Program-made: the position numbers and the translations under genes | Notes under the pieces: generated by a model | The model's database searches: none | The model's input: the letters and a program-made list of their open reading frames with translations, nothing else | What the model was told of the DNA's origin: nothing | Origin: a bacterium | Lineage (GTDB): Bacteria; UBA8248 | Direction of reading: 5' to 3' | Length of the DNA stretch: 64,000 bases | NCBI GenBank assembly: GCA_965200245.1 | Contig: CBDATS010000005.1 | Coordinates: 96,001 to 160,000 of the forward strand | Part shown: piece by piece, positions 24,755-35,430 of the stretch | How the letters are laid out: every line of letters starts with the position of its first letter | Position numbering within the stretch: the stretch's first letter is position 1

Positions 24755-26005
24755 CTACATGTTATTGACGATGGCTTTCCCGAAACCAGAACAGGAGAGC
24801 TTTTTGGCGCCCTTCATCTGGCGGTGCAGGTCGTAGGTGACCGTCTTTTTCTGAATCGCGCCTTCGATGCCCTTGACGATCATCTTCGCCGCCTTCTGCC
24901 AGCCCATGTCCTCAAGCATCATGACTGCCGAAAGGATGAGGCTGCTTGGGTTCACCATGTCCTTGCCCGCGTACTTGGGTGCTGTGCCGTGGGTGGGCTC
25001 GTAGAAGTGAATCCTGTCGCCGATGTTCGCGCCCGGCGCCATGCCGAGGCCGCCCACCTGGCCGGCAATGGCGTCCGAGAGATAATCGCCATTCAGGTTG
25101 GTGCAGGCGAGCACCTGGTATTCACGCTGGCGGGTGAGCACCTGCTGGAAGATGTTGTCGGCGATGCGGTCGTTCACCAAAATCTTGTCCTTAGGCATCT
25201 TGCCGTTATACTTCTTGCTCCAGAGTTCTTCTTCCGTAACGATGTATTTTCTGTATTTCTTCTTGAGAAAGGCGTAACCCCAGTCCTTGAAGGAGCCCTC
25301 GGTGTATTTCTGCACGTTTCCCTTGTGAACGAGCGTGAGCACCTTCTTCTTCTGGGCAATGGCGTAGTCGATAGCCTTCTTGACGATGCGTTCGCTGCCG
25401 AAAACGGAGATCGGCTTGACGCCGATGCCGCTGTCCTCCCTGACGTTGCAGCCCATCTCGGTGTTCAGAAAGTCGATCATCTTCTTCGCTCCGTCAGAAT
25501 TCAACTCCCACTCGATGCCAGCGTAGACATCCTCTGTGTTCTCGCGGAAGATGCACATGTCCACCCACTCGGGATGTACCATCGGCGAGGGAACACCCTT
25601 GAAGTAACGCACCGGGCGGACGCAGGCGAACAGGTCGTTCATCTGACGAAAGGCGACGTTCAAGCTCCTGAACCCACCGCCTATAGGCGTATAGAGAGGA
25701 CCCTTGATGGCGAAATAGCAGTGGCGAATCGCCTTCATGGTCTCTTCGGGTATTAGTTCACCATAAGTCTCCATGGCGTCCTCGCCCGCCATAACGCGGA
25801 ACCATTCGATGCGCCTTTTACCCCGGAACGCCTTCTCCACAGCGGTGTCGACCACTTCCATCATCACAGGTGTGATGTCCACGCCGATGCCATCGCCCCG
25901 GACGTAGCAGACGATGGGATCGTCAGGTATCCGGGGCTTGCTGCCCCTAAAGGAAATGCGCGTTCCCTGCTTCGGTGCCTCGAGTTTGTCGAATTTAATT
26001 CTCAT
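24755..26005 (-). CDS. icd: Isocitrate dehydrogenase (probably NADP)
   Basis: GDGIG, TPIGGGFRSLNV, NLNGDYLSD, HGTAPKYAG. Confidence 0.96.
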   Translation of the reverse strand: MRIKFDKLEAPKQGTRISFRGSKPRIPDDPIVCYVRGDGIGVDITPVMMEVVDTAVEKAFRGKRRIEWFRVMAGEDAMETYGELIPEETMKAIRHCYFAIKGPLYTPIGGGFRSLNVAFRQMNDLFACVRPVRYFKGVPSPMVHPEWVDMCIFRENTEDVYAGIEWELNSDGAKKMIDFLNTEMGCNVREDSGIGVKPISVFGSERIVKKAIDYAIAQKKKVLTLVHKGNVQKYTEGSFKDWGYAFLKKKYRKYIVTEEELWSKKYNGKMPKDKILVNDRIADNIFQQVLTRQREYQVLACTNLNGDYLSDAIAGQVGGLGMAPGANIGDRIHFYEPTHGTAPKYAGKDMVNPSSLILSAVMMLEDMGWQKAAKMIVKGIEGAIQKKTVTYDLHRQMKGAKKLSCSGFGKAIVNNM

Positions 26006-26440
26006 TCACTGCTCCCCTTCAGTTTCGCCATTTCGGATGCGATTGAAACAGAATATCGGTTGTGCACCAGGATGGAATCCACAAGACAGTCCCGGAAGAA
26101 TTTTCCGAGGCACGAATCGTCCACGGTGCTTTCAAACGAACCTTATCGCCCCCTCCATATCACGTCCCCCGCTCCGACGCCAGCCCGAAGGAAAAAGAAT
26201 TTCTCAACTCTCCGGGACCGGGATTCGGCTGGTGCTTCGGGAGCGATTCTGTTACGGTAAGAGCAATTTTCAAGTGACGCGAAGCACACCGGAAAGGTGC
26301 GAACTTCGATACAATCAGATAAATTCACGATGCGATTCGATAAATTTCTGAAGGAATGACAAGGCTCGCAATACCGGGAACGCTCTTATACAACTCATTC
26401 CAAGTCGAGCAGCTATTCTCCCCCCGCCGCGCGGTTTCCC

Positions 26441-27256
26441 ATGACACATCGCAAAAGACCAAAACTCGGCCAGCACTTCTTGCACGAAAAGAGGTATTTA
26501 TCGGAAATTATTGATTTATCGGAAATTACTTCCGGAGAGACTGTACTCGAAATCGGCGTTGGCGAGGGCGCCCTCACACGGTACCTCCTCGACGCCGGCG
26601 CAAAAGTTATCGGCGTCGAAATCGACGACACCCTCATTCCGAACCTCAAGAAACTGGAAGATGCGCATGAACAATTTCACCTGATTCACTGCGACGCTCT
26701 CGCAATCGATTACGACACCCTACCTGAAAAGATGAAACTGGTAGCGAACCTTCCCTACCAGTCCGCTTCGGCGATAATCTCGCAACTCACTGAAATGGTT
26801 GAACGGTTTCCCCTCATGGTATTTATGGTCCAGCGTGAAGTGGGCGAAAGGCTTTGCGCCATACCTGGCAGCAAGGATTATGGATCATTCACTCTTTGGG
26901 TGGGACATCGCTATCTGGCGAGGCTGTGCCAAGTGGTACCCCCCGGCGCATTTCGGCCACCACCAAAGGTTGATTCCGCGATTATCCGTCTGCGAGCGAG
27001 GGAAAAGCCCCACGTAGAAGTTGGTGACGAGAAACTCTACTTCCGTATTATCCAAACTGCTTTTGCCCACCGCAGGAAGACATTGTTCAACAATCTCAAA
27101 TCATTGAATCTAGGTGAATTCGAAGGTAAAAAGAGCTTCTCCTCAAATCCCGAAGCCTTGCATGCCCTTTTCGAAAAAGCAGGTATCGAACCCAATCGGC
27201 GAGCCGAGACTCTGGATGCTCGCGAATTTGCGAGAATCGCCCGTTCCATGGAATAG
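26441..27256 (+). CDS. rsmA: 16S rRNA A1518/A1519 dimethyltransferase
   Basis: LGQHFL, EIGVGEG, ANLPY, FRPPPKVDS, RRKTL. Confidence 0.96.
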   Translation: MTHRKRPKLGQHFLHEKRYLSEIIDLSEITSGETVLEIGVGEGALTRYLLDAGAKVIGVEIDDTLIPNLKKLEDAHEQFHLIHCDALAIDYDTLPEKMKLVANLPYQSASAIISQLTEMVERFPLMVFMVQREVGERLCAIPGSKDYGSFTLWVGHRYLARLCQVVPPGAFRPPPKVDSAIIRLRAREKPHVEVGDEKLYFRIIQTAFAHRRKTLFNNLKSLNLGEFEGKKSFSSNPEALHALFEKAGIEPNRRAETLDAREFARIARSME

Positions 27257-27283
27257 TTCACGAGAAACCAGCGGGCTTTGCCA

Positions 27284-28163
27284 ATGAAAATCCTGATTTA
27301 CCGAATGGGGGCATTCGGGGACACACTGCTTTTGGCTTTACTGTGCAAACAGTTACGCAACCACTACGAAAGTGCTCAAATCACCTTGGCTGCAAACCCC
27401 AATTACGCAGCCCCGCTACTCGACTCGGGCTTGATCCACGAAATTCTCAACGGTGGGTCCCCTCCTTTCCATCTCATGTACAACGAGCCATCACTTGAAA
27501 ACGACGCACTTTCTCAAATCATTGGACACTATAGCATGTGCATGTTCTACACTTCGGACATTTCCGGTGAATTCACCAGGCGACTGCATTCAAGCAAGTT
27601 GGATAACTGCCTTATCCACCCGCCTCTTCCCCCCGCTTCGGAAGCAATTCACACATCCGAATGGATGATGCGTCCATGGAAATCCCTGGATGCAGGTGAT
27701 TTCAAAAAAATCACACTGAAACCTTCACAAAACAATCTGCTTTCAGCGAATAAGGTATTGAATGAGCACGGCATTACGGATGTTTTTTTCTCTATTCATT
27801 CTGGTGGCGGGGGAAAGAAAAAAATGGGTTCCCCATCAAATTCTCGCCAGGCACGTACAAAGGCATGTCGATAGAACAGGCCAGAAACCCGTGCTGCTGG
27901 AAGGGCCTGCGGATTCACTGGCCAGTGAGAGATTTCAAAGGTTTTGGACTGGGTCCATCACTATTGTACGGGATACTACCCCAAAAACCTTAAGCGCTAT
28001 TCTTTCAAAGTCATCCGCATATTTTGGAGGGGATTCCGGTGTTTCCCACCTTGCATCTCTTTATGCGCCGCGCACAACGATATTGTATGGCCCCGATTCC
28101 GACATGCGGGTCTGGCATCCCATAGGCTCTCACACGTGTTGTATTCGATGGGAAACCATATGA
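27284..28163 (+). pseudogene. Glycosyltransferase family 9 (heptosyltransferase-like), frameshifted at an A7 run
   Basis: RMGAFGD N-terminus, HSGGGGKKK then W in another frame, GGDSGVSHLA C-terminus; A7 at 27818-27824. Confidence 0.8.
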
Positions 28164-28234
28164 CCAATCAGGTATCTGTCTGTACACTTTGAAGCAGATT
28201 TTGCCGAACAGGCTCAAAGCCGACGAAACAAACA

Positions 28235-28963
28235 TCAGCTAATCAGGTTGGCCAATCTCTCCCATCGCGGCGAACCCGAATTTCCATCCCAGGACCAATA
28301 AATCATGAAAGCGGCTCCACGGATTTTATCGTCCCAACACGGCGCAGACCATATGGAACAGGGAAAGGGAAGTCCGAAAACATATCCCGCAAAACGAATC
28401 GGGATATGGTCTACGTGTTCGCCCATTTTCAAAAAACCCCAGTACCGGCTGTCCTGACTATTGTTTCGATTATCGCCCAGCATAAACAGATGCCCCGGCG
28501 GAACCCTTTCGGGCCCCCATTTAATCTCGAAACTGACAGCAGCCTCACTCGGTTCAAAGCGTGCATATTTTTCATCCAGCGGCACACACTTTTCCGGCGT
28601 ATTCGGCGTGGCACAATTGACATAGACTCTTTTTCCTCGAATCATCACCTCCTCACCCGGCAAAGCAACAACCCGTTTGATGAAATCCCGTCGCTCGTCC
28701 TTGGGGAACCTGAACACGATAATGTCCCCGCGCTTGGGCTCACGGAACCAATATATGAATTTATTGACGAGTATGTGGTCTCCGACAAGGAGAGTGTTTT
28801 CCATCGATCCCGAAGGAATCTTGAATGCTTGCACCACAAAAGTACGTACAAACATGGCCAACAACAAAGCGATGATGATCGCTTCAGTATATTCACGAAA
28901 AGTTGATTTGGACTTGCGCCTGCGTTTCGCGCTATCGTCCGTTATCAAGCTGATTTCTGACAC
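28235..28963 (-). CDS. lepB: Signal peptidase I
   Basis: IPSGSM, FIKRV, GDNRNNSQDSR; follows lepA. Confidence 0.96.
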   Translation of the reverse strand: MSEISLITDDSAKRRRKSKSTFREYTEAIIIALLLAMFVRTFVVQAFKIPSGSMENTLLVGDHILVNKFIYWFREPKRGDIIVFRFPKDERRDFIKRVVALPGEEVMIRGKRVYVNCATPNTPEKCVPLDEKYARFEPSEAAVSFEIKWGPERVPPGHLFMLGDNRNNSQDSRYWGFLKMGEHVDHIPIRFAGYVFGLPFPCSIWSAPCWDDKIRGAAFMIYWSWDGNSGSPRWERLANLIS

Positions 28964-28965
28964 GT

Positions 28966-30768
28966 TTACTCCTTGCCTACATCCAACACAGCCATAAAGG
29001 CTTCTTGCGGTACTTCGACGGTACCGATGTTTTTCATCCGTTTTTTTCCTTCACGTTGCTTTTCCAGCAACTTCCGTTTCCGCGTGATATCACCACCATA
29101 ACATTTCGCGGTCACATCTTTTCTCAACGCCCGTATTGTCTCGCGCGCAATTATCCGGCTTCCAATCGCAGCCTGTATGATGACTTCAAACATTTGCCTT
29201 GGAATGATTTCTTTCATTTTCTGGACCAACGCCCGACCATGATAATACGCTTTCTCTTTGTGAATGATCGTCGAAAATGGGTCAATCTGCTGCCCGTTGA
29301 GAAGAATATCCAGCTTTACGACTTCCGCTGAACGATAATCCAGATGTTCATAATCGAAACTCGCGTATCCACGAGATACTGACTTTAATTTATCGTAGAA
29401 ATCAAAAAGAATTTCACTGAATGGCAGTTCGTAGACGATTTGAACCGTCGTTGTATCGATATATTCCATGGAGCGCTGAATGCCACGTTTCTCCTGTGCC
29501 AGTTTCAGAACAGCACCCACATATTCCGAGGGCACAAGAATCGTCCCCAAAATAAAAGGCTCTTCGATCGCCTCAATTCTCGATAGTTCAGGCAGTTTCG
29601 CAGGACTATCGATTTCTACTACCGTCGCATCACTCAGCAGGACTCGAAAAATCACTGTCGGGGCCGTGATTATGAGTGTCAGGTCATATTCACGCTCCAG
29701 TCTCTCGCGAATGATTTCCATATGGAGGAGACCCAGGAATCCACACCTGAAACCAAACCCAAGAGCAACAGAGGTTTCCGGCTCATATGTAAAGGCCGAA
29801 TCGTTCAGTCTGAGTTTCTCAAGTGCTGTCCGTAAATCTTCATACTCGGCACTGTCTGCCGCGTACAAGCCGCTGAATACCATCGCTTTCGGTTCCTGAA
29901 AGCCTTGTATAGCATTAAGTGCAGGATTTCTTGCGAGTGTAATCGTGTCACCAACACGGGTATCGCTCACCTCCCGAATCGAAGCAGACAAGATTCCTAC
30001 TTCGCCTGGTCCCAGTTCTTCCAGTTTGATTTCATGAGGCGTAAACGCGCTTAAACTCAAAATCTGATATTCCTTGCCAGTCGACATGAACCGAACGATA
30101 TCGCCTTTGCGTATGGTTCCCTCGAAAATCCGGAACAATGGAATCGCACCCTTGTAAGAATCATACCAGGAATCAATCACCAGCCCCTGGACGGAGCCTT
30201 GTGGCTCTCCGCTGGGAGGCGGAATGCGCTCAACGATTGCTTCAAGCAGCGAATCTACCCCTTCACCTTGTTTGGCACTGACCAAAAGGCACTCATCCCC
30301 ATCAATTCCGATGATATCTTCCATTTGCTTCATTACGCGCTCGGGGTCTGCTGCTGGCAAATCGATTTTGTTGATCACAGGGATAAAGGCCAAATCCTGT
30401 TCCAGGGCAAGGTATGCATTCGCCATTGTTTGTGCCTGGATCCCCTGAGTCGCATCGACCAGCAGCAATGCACCCTCGCATGCCTGGAGGCTTCTCGAAA
30501 CTTCATAATTGAAATCCACATGCCCCGGCGTATCTATGAGGTTAAACACATATTCCTCGCCTTGGGCCGATTTATATGAGAGTCGAACAGTAGCCGCCTT
30601 GATGGTGATCCCCCGCTCCTGTTCCAGTGCCATGGAATCCAAAACCTGAGAAGACATTTCACGCTTTGAAAGCGCCCCTGTCATTTCCAGTATCCGATCC
30701 GCCAACGTGGATTTTCCATGGTCGATGTGTGCGATTATTGAAAAATTTCTGATCCGATCGATTTTCAC
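28966..30768 (-). CDS. lepA: Elongation factor 4
   Basis: [42 protein letters not shown]. Confidence 0.98.
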   Translation of the reverse strand: MKIDRIRNFSIIAHIDHGKSTLADRILEMTGALSKREMSSQVLDSMALEQERGITIKAATVRLSYKSAQGEEYVFNLIDTPGHVDFNYEVSRSLQACEGALLLVDATQGIQAQTMANAYLALEQDLAFIPVINKIDLPAADPERVMKQMEDIIGIDGDECLLVSAKQGEGVDSLLEAIVERIPPPSGEPQGSVQGLVIDSWYDSYKGAIPLFRIFEGTIRKGDIVRFMSTGKEYQILSLSAFTPHEIKLEELGPGEVGILSASIREVSDTRVGDTITLARNPALNAIQGFQEPKAMVFSGLYAADSAEYEDLRTALEKLRLNDSAFTYEPETSVALGFGFRCGFLGLLHMEIIRERLEREYDLTLIITAPTVIFRVLLSDATVVEIDSPAKLPELSRIEAIEEPFILGTILVPSEYVGAVLKLAQEKRGIQRSMEYIDTTTVQIVYELPFSEILFDFYDKLKSVSRGYASFDYEHLDYRSAEVVKLDILLNGQQIDPFSTIIHKEKAYYHGRALVQKMKEIIPRQMFEVIIQAAIGSRIIARETIRALRKDVTAKCYGGDITRKRKLLEKQREGKKRMKNIGTVEVPQEAFMAVLDVGKE

Positions 30769-31048
30769 AGTTAGAAGAGATCTCTATGGGAAGGCGAATA
30801 GCGTGAATGCGGGAACCGATTTCGTCTAGCTGAACATCTCCTGGCTGTTCTTCGATTCCCGAACGTATTACATAAGCGAAACCACAAGTTTACCAAATTC
30901 CCCCGCTCTCAGGCGATTACGCTATAGCAAACTTGTCCGACCTTGGTCAAATTGATTGCTCCAGTAAATACACGATGCTAGCATATGCAAAGTAAGGTGT
31001 TTCAGCCGTTTATGCGTATTTAGACCCAATGACTAGGGTACTTTTGCT

Positions 31049-32449
31049 ATGCGCTACCGCTGTTTGCATGTTCCCGTCTGCTTTGTTTTCCTGTTTTTTG
31101 GCCTCACATGCGTCTCCCCGATGTCGACGGCAACACCGAATCCATTTGGTAGTCGCCTGATCATCGATGCCGCCAAGAAACTACAACCTTCGGTTGTACA
31201 GATCCGCGTACAAACAAAAGGCATCGGAAGCAATCCATTGCTCGATCTATTCGGCAGAGGCCGCCAAAAGGACAATCCCCCGAAATTTGATCAGGGTGAT
31301 GCGCCCTTTGACGGCCACTACAACGTAGGTTCCGGAATCATTGTCTCACAGGAAGGTCATATCCTAACGAACCATCATGTTATCAAGAATGCGAACAAGA
31401 TTATGGTCAAACTCCATGGAGGGGAGGACCATTCGGCCCATTTGCTGGGAGTAGATGACAAAACGGATCTTGCCTTGCTGAAAATAAAACCGACTCGCAC
31501 GCTCCAGGAAGCATCCCTCGGAGATTCCGATAAAGTTGAAGTCGGTCAGTGGGTTATAGCGATTGGCAGCCCATTCGGCCTGGCGAATTCGGTGTCGGTA
31601 GGAATTATCAGTGCCAAGGGCCGCGACTTGAAAGAAGGGCCTCTCGATGAATTTCTCCAGACAGACGCATCGATCAACCCTGGCAACTCCGGTGGCCCGC
31701 TCGCCAATATGCAAGGTGTTGTAATCGGTGTGAACACAGCGATCTTTGCCAGCGAATCGCGCAAATGGAGTTTAGGCATCGGTTTCGCCATTCCGATTAA
31801 TCAGGCCAAAGCCGTTATCGATTCCCTGCGCCATAAGGGCTATCCGGTTCGAGGCCGCTTGGGTGCGTCCATATCCGCAGTCCCAAGACAAGAAGGGAAA
31901 AGCCTGGGCCTCTCGCGCTTTGAGGGTGCCAAACTGACACAGGTCACCCGTGGCGGCCCCGCGCATCGTGCAGGCTTGCGAAGAGGAGATGTAGTAGTCG
32001 AATTCGATGGGAAGTCTGTAAGCACTTGGCAAAGCCTTCCCCGTATTGTGGCCCGTACCAAGCCGGGTTCTTTCGTGCAGGTAAAATATTACCGGGAAAA
32101 ACGTCTTGAGAGTGCCTATATCCGCATCGGAAGCCGGCCCGAAGTTCCCCATCCACAAAAGCAGGCAAGCCATACGTCCATGGGAATGAAAGTAGTGGTG
32201 CTTACCCCACACTTGGCTCAACGTTTCGGGATAACTTATGAGGCGAATAAGGTGGTGGTCTCCTCGATTTTACGAGGCAGTATTGCTGAACTTAGTGGTA
32301 TCAGGCTTGGTGACAAAATTGAGGAAATAAACCACAAACCTGTGAAAACAATAGAAGAATTTCAGTCGGCCATCGAAATATCCCGCTCCGAAGGCTCTAT
32401 ACTCCTTCTGCTGAAAAGAAAAGGGACCAATCTATTCGCAGCTCTCTAG
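31049..32449 (+). CDS. degP: DegP/DegQ (HtrA) serine protease with two PDZ domains
   Basis: Signal peptide, TNHHV, DLAL, GNSGGPL, PDZ domains. Confidence 0.93.
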   Translation: MRYRCLHVPVCFVFLFFGLTCVSPMSTATPNPFGSRLIIDAAKKLQPSVVQIRVQTKGIGSNPLLDLFGRGRQKDNPPKFDQGDAPFDGHYNVGSGIIVSQEGHILTNHHVIKNANKIMVKLHGGEDHSAHLLGVDDKTDLALLKIKPTRTLQEASLGDSDKVEVGQWVIAIGSPFGLANSVSVGIISAKGRDLKEGPLDEFLQTDASINPGNSGGPLANMQGVVIGVNTAIFASESRKWSLGIGFAIPINQAKAVIDSLRHKGYPVRGRLGASISAVPRQEGKSLGLSRFEGAKLTQVTRGGPAHRAGLRRGDVVVEFDGKSVSTWQSLPRIVARTKPGSFVQVKYYREKRLESAYIRIGSRPEVPHPQKQASHTSMGMKVVVLTPHLAQRFGITYEANKVVVSSILRGSIAELSGIRLGDKIEEINHKPVKTIEEFQSAIEISRSEGSILLLLKRKGTNLFAAL

Positions 32450-32552
32450 ACCAAATAACGACCTGCAACATCCTGAGGTGATGACCCAGGGATCACCAGC
32501 TTTCCAAGCTTGTTTTTTCCAATCTTTCCAGAGGAAAAGAAAACGAGAAGTA

Positions 32553-33695
32553 TCATGTTTCCAGCCACCGTTCATATTGTTGCAAGGCGTAGCGATCCGT
32601 CATTCCGGCCACATAATCACAAACCATACGATGTCGCCCATCTGTCTTCTCAAGTTTGCGAACATGTTCCGGGATTTTATCTGGTTCGGCGACATACAAG
32701 TGGAACAATCCGCTCAGTATTTTTCGAGCACTTTTCTCCAGTTTCATCACGCGTTCATTCTTGTACATCCGCGCCATCAAAAATCGTTTAAGTTCGATGT
32801 TTTTCTCGTTCATTTCCTCGCCGAAAAGAATGACATCATGTCCCTTTTCTCTCACGTCCGAAATATCCCGGAGTTCCCGGGCCTTGATGCGCTCGCATGA
32901 GAATGTGATGATATCCTGAACCTGTGAATTGATAATTCGGCGAATGGTGTCGTGCTTGCTCTCCCGCCAGGAAGAGTCAGGAAAAGATTTTTTTGAACTT
33001 TCGTAGTGCTCACGCCATAGCTGCGTATCCTGCAAATCTTCCAGATCAAACAGCCGGGATGACAAGCCGTCATCCAGGTCATGATTGTTATACGCAATCT
33101 CGTCCGCCACATCGACTACCTGAGCTTCGAGGCTGGGAGAAATTGTATTCGTTTGGCCTGGAGGCATCGGACCTTCGTAACGATCCAGATATTTGATAAT
33201 GCCCTCTCGTGTTTCCCATGTCAGATTCAACCCCGGGAATGACGGATAGCGTTTCTCCAGAACTTCAACGATTCGGAGGGCTTGCAAATTGTGCTCGAAT
33301 CCGCCGTGTTTTCCCATTAGGTCGTCTAAAACTTTCTCTCCCGCGTGACCAAATGGTGGGTGGCCCAGATCATGCGCGAGAGCAACGGCCTCGGCAAGTT
33401 CTTCATTCAAAGCGAGTGCCCGTGCCATGGAGCGAGCGATTTGGCTCACTTCAATGGTGTGAGTCAGGCGTGTTCGGTAATGATCCCCCTCGTGATTCAC
33501 AAAAACCTGGGTTTTGTATTCAAGCCTCCTGAATGCCTGCGTATGGATAATCCGGTCACGGTCACGCTGAAAAGCTGTCCTCATGTCGTGCTCAGGCTCC
33601 GGGTATTTCCGTCCGAGACTGTCGGCGCTATGCGCGGCACAAGGTGCTAATGATTGTCTTTCCCGTTCTTCGATAGAAACTCGAGTGTTGTTCAT
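32553..33695 (-). CDS. dgt: dGTP triphosphohydrolase-like protein
   Basis: FQRDRDRI, RTRLTH, HDLGHPPFGHAGE, DYVAGMTD. Confidence 0.95.
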   Translation of the reverse strand: MNNTRVSIEERERQSLAPCAAHSADSLGRKYPEPEHDMRTAFQRDRDRIIHTQAFRRLEYKTQVFVNHEGDHYRTRLTHTIEVSQIARSMARALALNEELAEAVALAHDLGHPPFGHAGEKVLDDLMGKHGGFEHNLQALRIVEVLEKRYPSFPGLNLTWETREGIIKYLDRYEGPMPPGQTNTISPSLEAQVVDVADEIAYNNHDLDDGLSSRLFDLEDLQDTQLWREHYESSKKSFPDSSWRESKHDTIRRIINSQVQDIITFSCERIKARELRDISDVREKGHDVILFGEEMNEKNIELKRFLMARMYKNERVMKLEKSARKILSGLFHLYVAEPDKIPEHVRKLEKTDGRHRMVCDYVAGMTDRYALQQYERWLET

Positions 33696-33711
33696 ATGAC
33701 GTACCGAGTTC

Positions 33712-34653
33712 TCAAGCATCAGTGTGGTCCACCGACGGGGCGAGCCCCGCACGCCATGCGGAGAACAAATATGTTGTCGCCAGAGAAGCCCATGGATACC
33801 ACCCTTCGGCTTTAGTCCGTGCCGTTTCCTCATCAACCCGTTCTTTTCCAAAGCAATAGCGCGCCACGACCTTTTGTACTCCCAAATCACCCCCGGGAAA
33901 TACCTCGACGCGACCGAGTGCCCTGAACAACATTTGCTCGGCTGTCCAACGCCCCACACCCCGTATCCTGGTCAGGCGAGCCACCGCATCGTCTATGGAC
34001 ACTGCGCGTAGCTCTTTCTCATCCAATTGACCCTCCAGGGCTGCGCGCGCTACACCAATCACGTATTCGGCTTTTCGTTCGGAAAATTGCATCGTGCGAA
34101 AGGTCGATACCCGGGCCCTCACCAAACGTTCCGGGCGCGGAAATGCATAATAGGTCTTCCCGTCAATGCGTAATTTTCTCCCCCATCGCTTCACCATCCG
34201 CCCCCGAATGGTTCCCGCGAACGTTAAATTCACCTGTTGCGCTGTTATCGCTGTAACAAGAGCCTCAAAAATGCTCAAGTATCGAATCGGTTTTAATCCC
34301 CTGAATTTTTTCGCAATAGGAGCCAAGTTCACATCGTCTTTCGTCATCCGGTAAAACGGCCTCAAATCAAGATCAAAAGCCAAAATATGCTTGAGCGCGT
34401 TCAATCCAGCATTTTGAGCCGATTTCGTCATGCGTCCCTCTTTGGTCATTTTTAGTCGAATCGTCTTCTGATTCCCGTTTTCAATATCAGCTTCCAGCAA
34501 AACCAAATCGCCATCCGGGTCTTCCACAACTCTTCGGTACACCCCATCAGTGTAGGAGTTGACAAACTCTACTTTGGATACGTGAAACCGCAACAAGCTC
34601 TCATGAAACAAAAAAGGCTCAGAGAAATGCAAGATTTTGGTGACAGAACCCAC
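33712..34653 (-). CDS. alkA: DNA-3-methyladenine glycosylase II (HhH-GPD)
   Basis: AQQVNL, HhH RGVGRWTAE, FPGGDLG catalytic Asp. Confidence 0.9.
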   Translation of the reverse strand: MGSVTKILHFSEPFLFHESLLRFHVSKVEFVNSYTDGVYRRVVEDPDGDLVLLEADIENGNQKTIRLKMTKEGRMTKSAQNAGLNALKHILAFDLDLRPFYRMTKDDVNLAPIAKKFRGLKPIRYLSIFEALVTAITAQQVNLTFAGTIRGRMVKRWGRKLRIDGKTYYAFPRPERLVRARVSTFRTMQFSERKAEYVIGVARAALEGQLDEKELRAVSIDDAVARLTRIRGVGRWTAEQMLFRALGRVEVFPGGDLGVQKVVARYCFGKERVDEETARTKAEGWYPWASLATTYLFSAWRAGLAPSVDHTDA

Positions 34654-35430
34654 CTATTCCACAATCCTTCTGCTCACCAAGAAGCAGGCAACCACCAAGA
34701 AGAAAAACGTAAAACCAAGCAAAAACGAAAAGTGCCAGAGAAAATTTTCAACGCGTCCATAAATAAACAAACCGCGCGAAATTCTCACTGCATGTGTAAG
34801 CGGAAGAGCCTCGGACAATCGTTCTACCCACAGCGGAAGACCTTTGATGGGAAACAAGGTGCCGGCGAAGAAAAACATCGGCATGACGATAGCAGAGAAA
34901 TAAAAGTTGAAAAACGAAAAGCTATGAGCCAATGACGTCGCAATCAATCCCAATGCCGCGAACATCACCGCTTCGATAAACAGAACCGGAAGAATCGCGA
35001 CTGCCCACCATGAACCTACCAGGCCGAACAGACTCAAAACAATCAACATCAGTGTCGAGCCAATCAATGCCCGGCTGGCACACCAGAGCAGGTCTCCCAG
35101 CACGATATCGCCCACCGTTAGTGGAGCCATCAACATGGACTCATAGATATTCTGAATTCTCATCCTCGAATAAGCCCCATATGTGGACTCATACGTGGCA
35201 TTCCACATTGCGACGGAAACCATCAACCCAGGACCGATGAATTGCGCATATGAGATGCCGTCCAGATTCGGTACCAGTCTGCCGAGCCCATAACCAAACG
35301 CGACAAGCCACAATATGTGCTCGCCCAGATTTCCTGCCCATTCAGCCAGGTAGAATGAGCGGTAGTACACCAGGTGACGAACCCAAACGCGAAAGGCGCG
35401 ATGGCTCGGAGCCTGAGGGAAACGCATCAA
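34654..35430 (-). CDS. ABC-2 exporter permease (NodJ-like)
   Basis: Six TM segments, FGYGLG, YESTY, PMFFFAGTLFP, LPLTH. Confidence 0.88.
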   Translation of the reverse strand: MMRFPQAPSHRAFRVWVRHLVYYRSFYLAEWAGNLGEHILWLVAFGYGLGRLVPNLDGISYAQFIGPGLMVSVAMWNATYESTYGAYSRMRIQNIYESMLMAPLTVGDIVLGDLLWCASRALIGSTLMLIVLSLFGLVGSWWAVAILPVLFIEAVMFAALGLIATSLAHSFSFFNFYFSAIVMPMFFFAGTLFPIKGLPLWVERLSEALPLTHAVRISRGLFIYGRVENFLWHFSFLLGFTFFFLVVACFLVSRRIVE

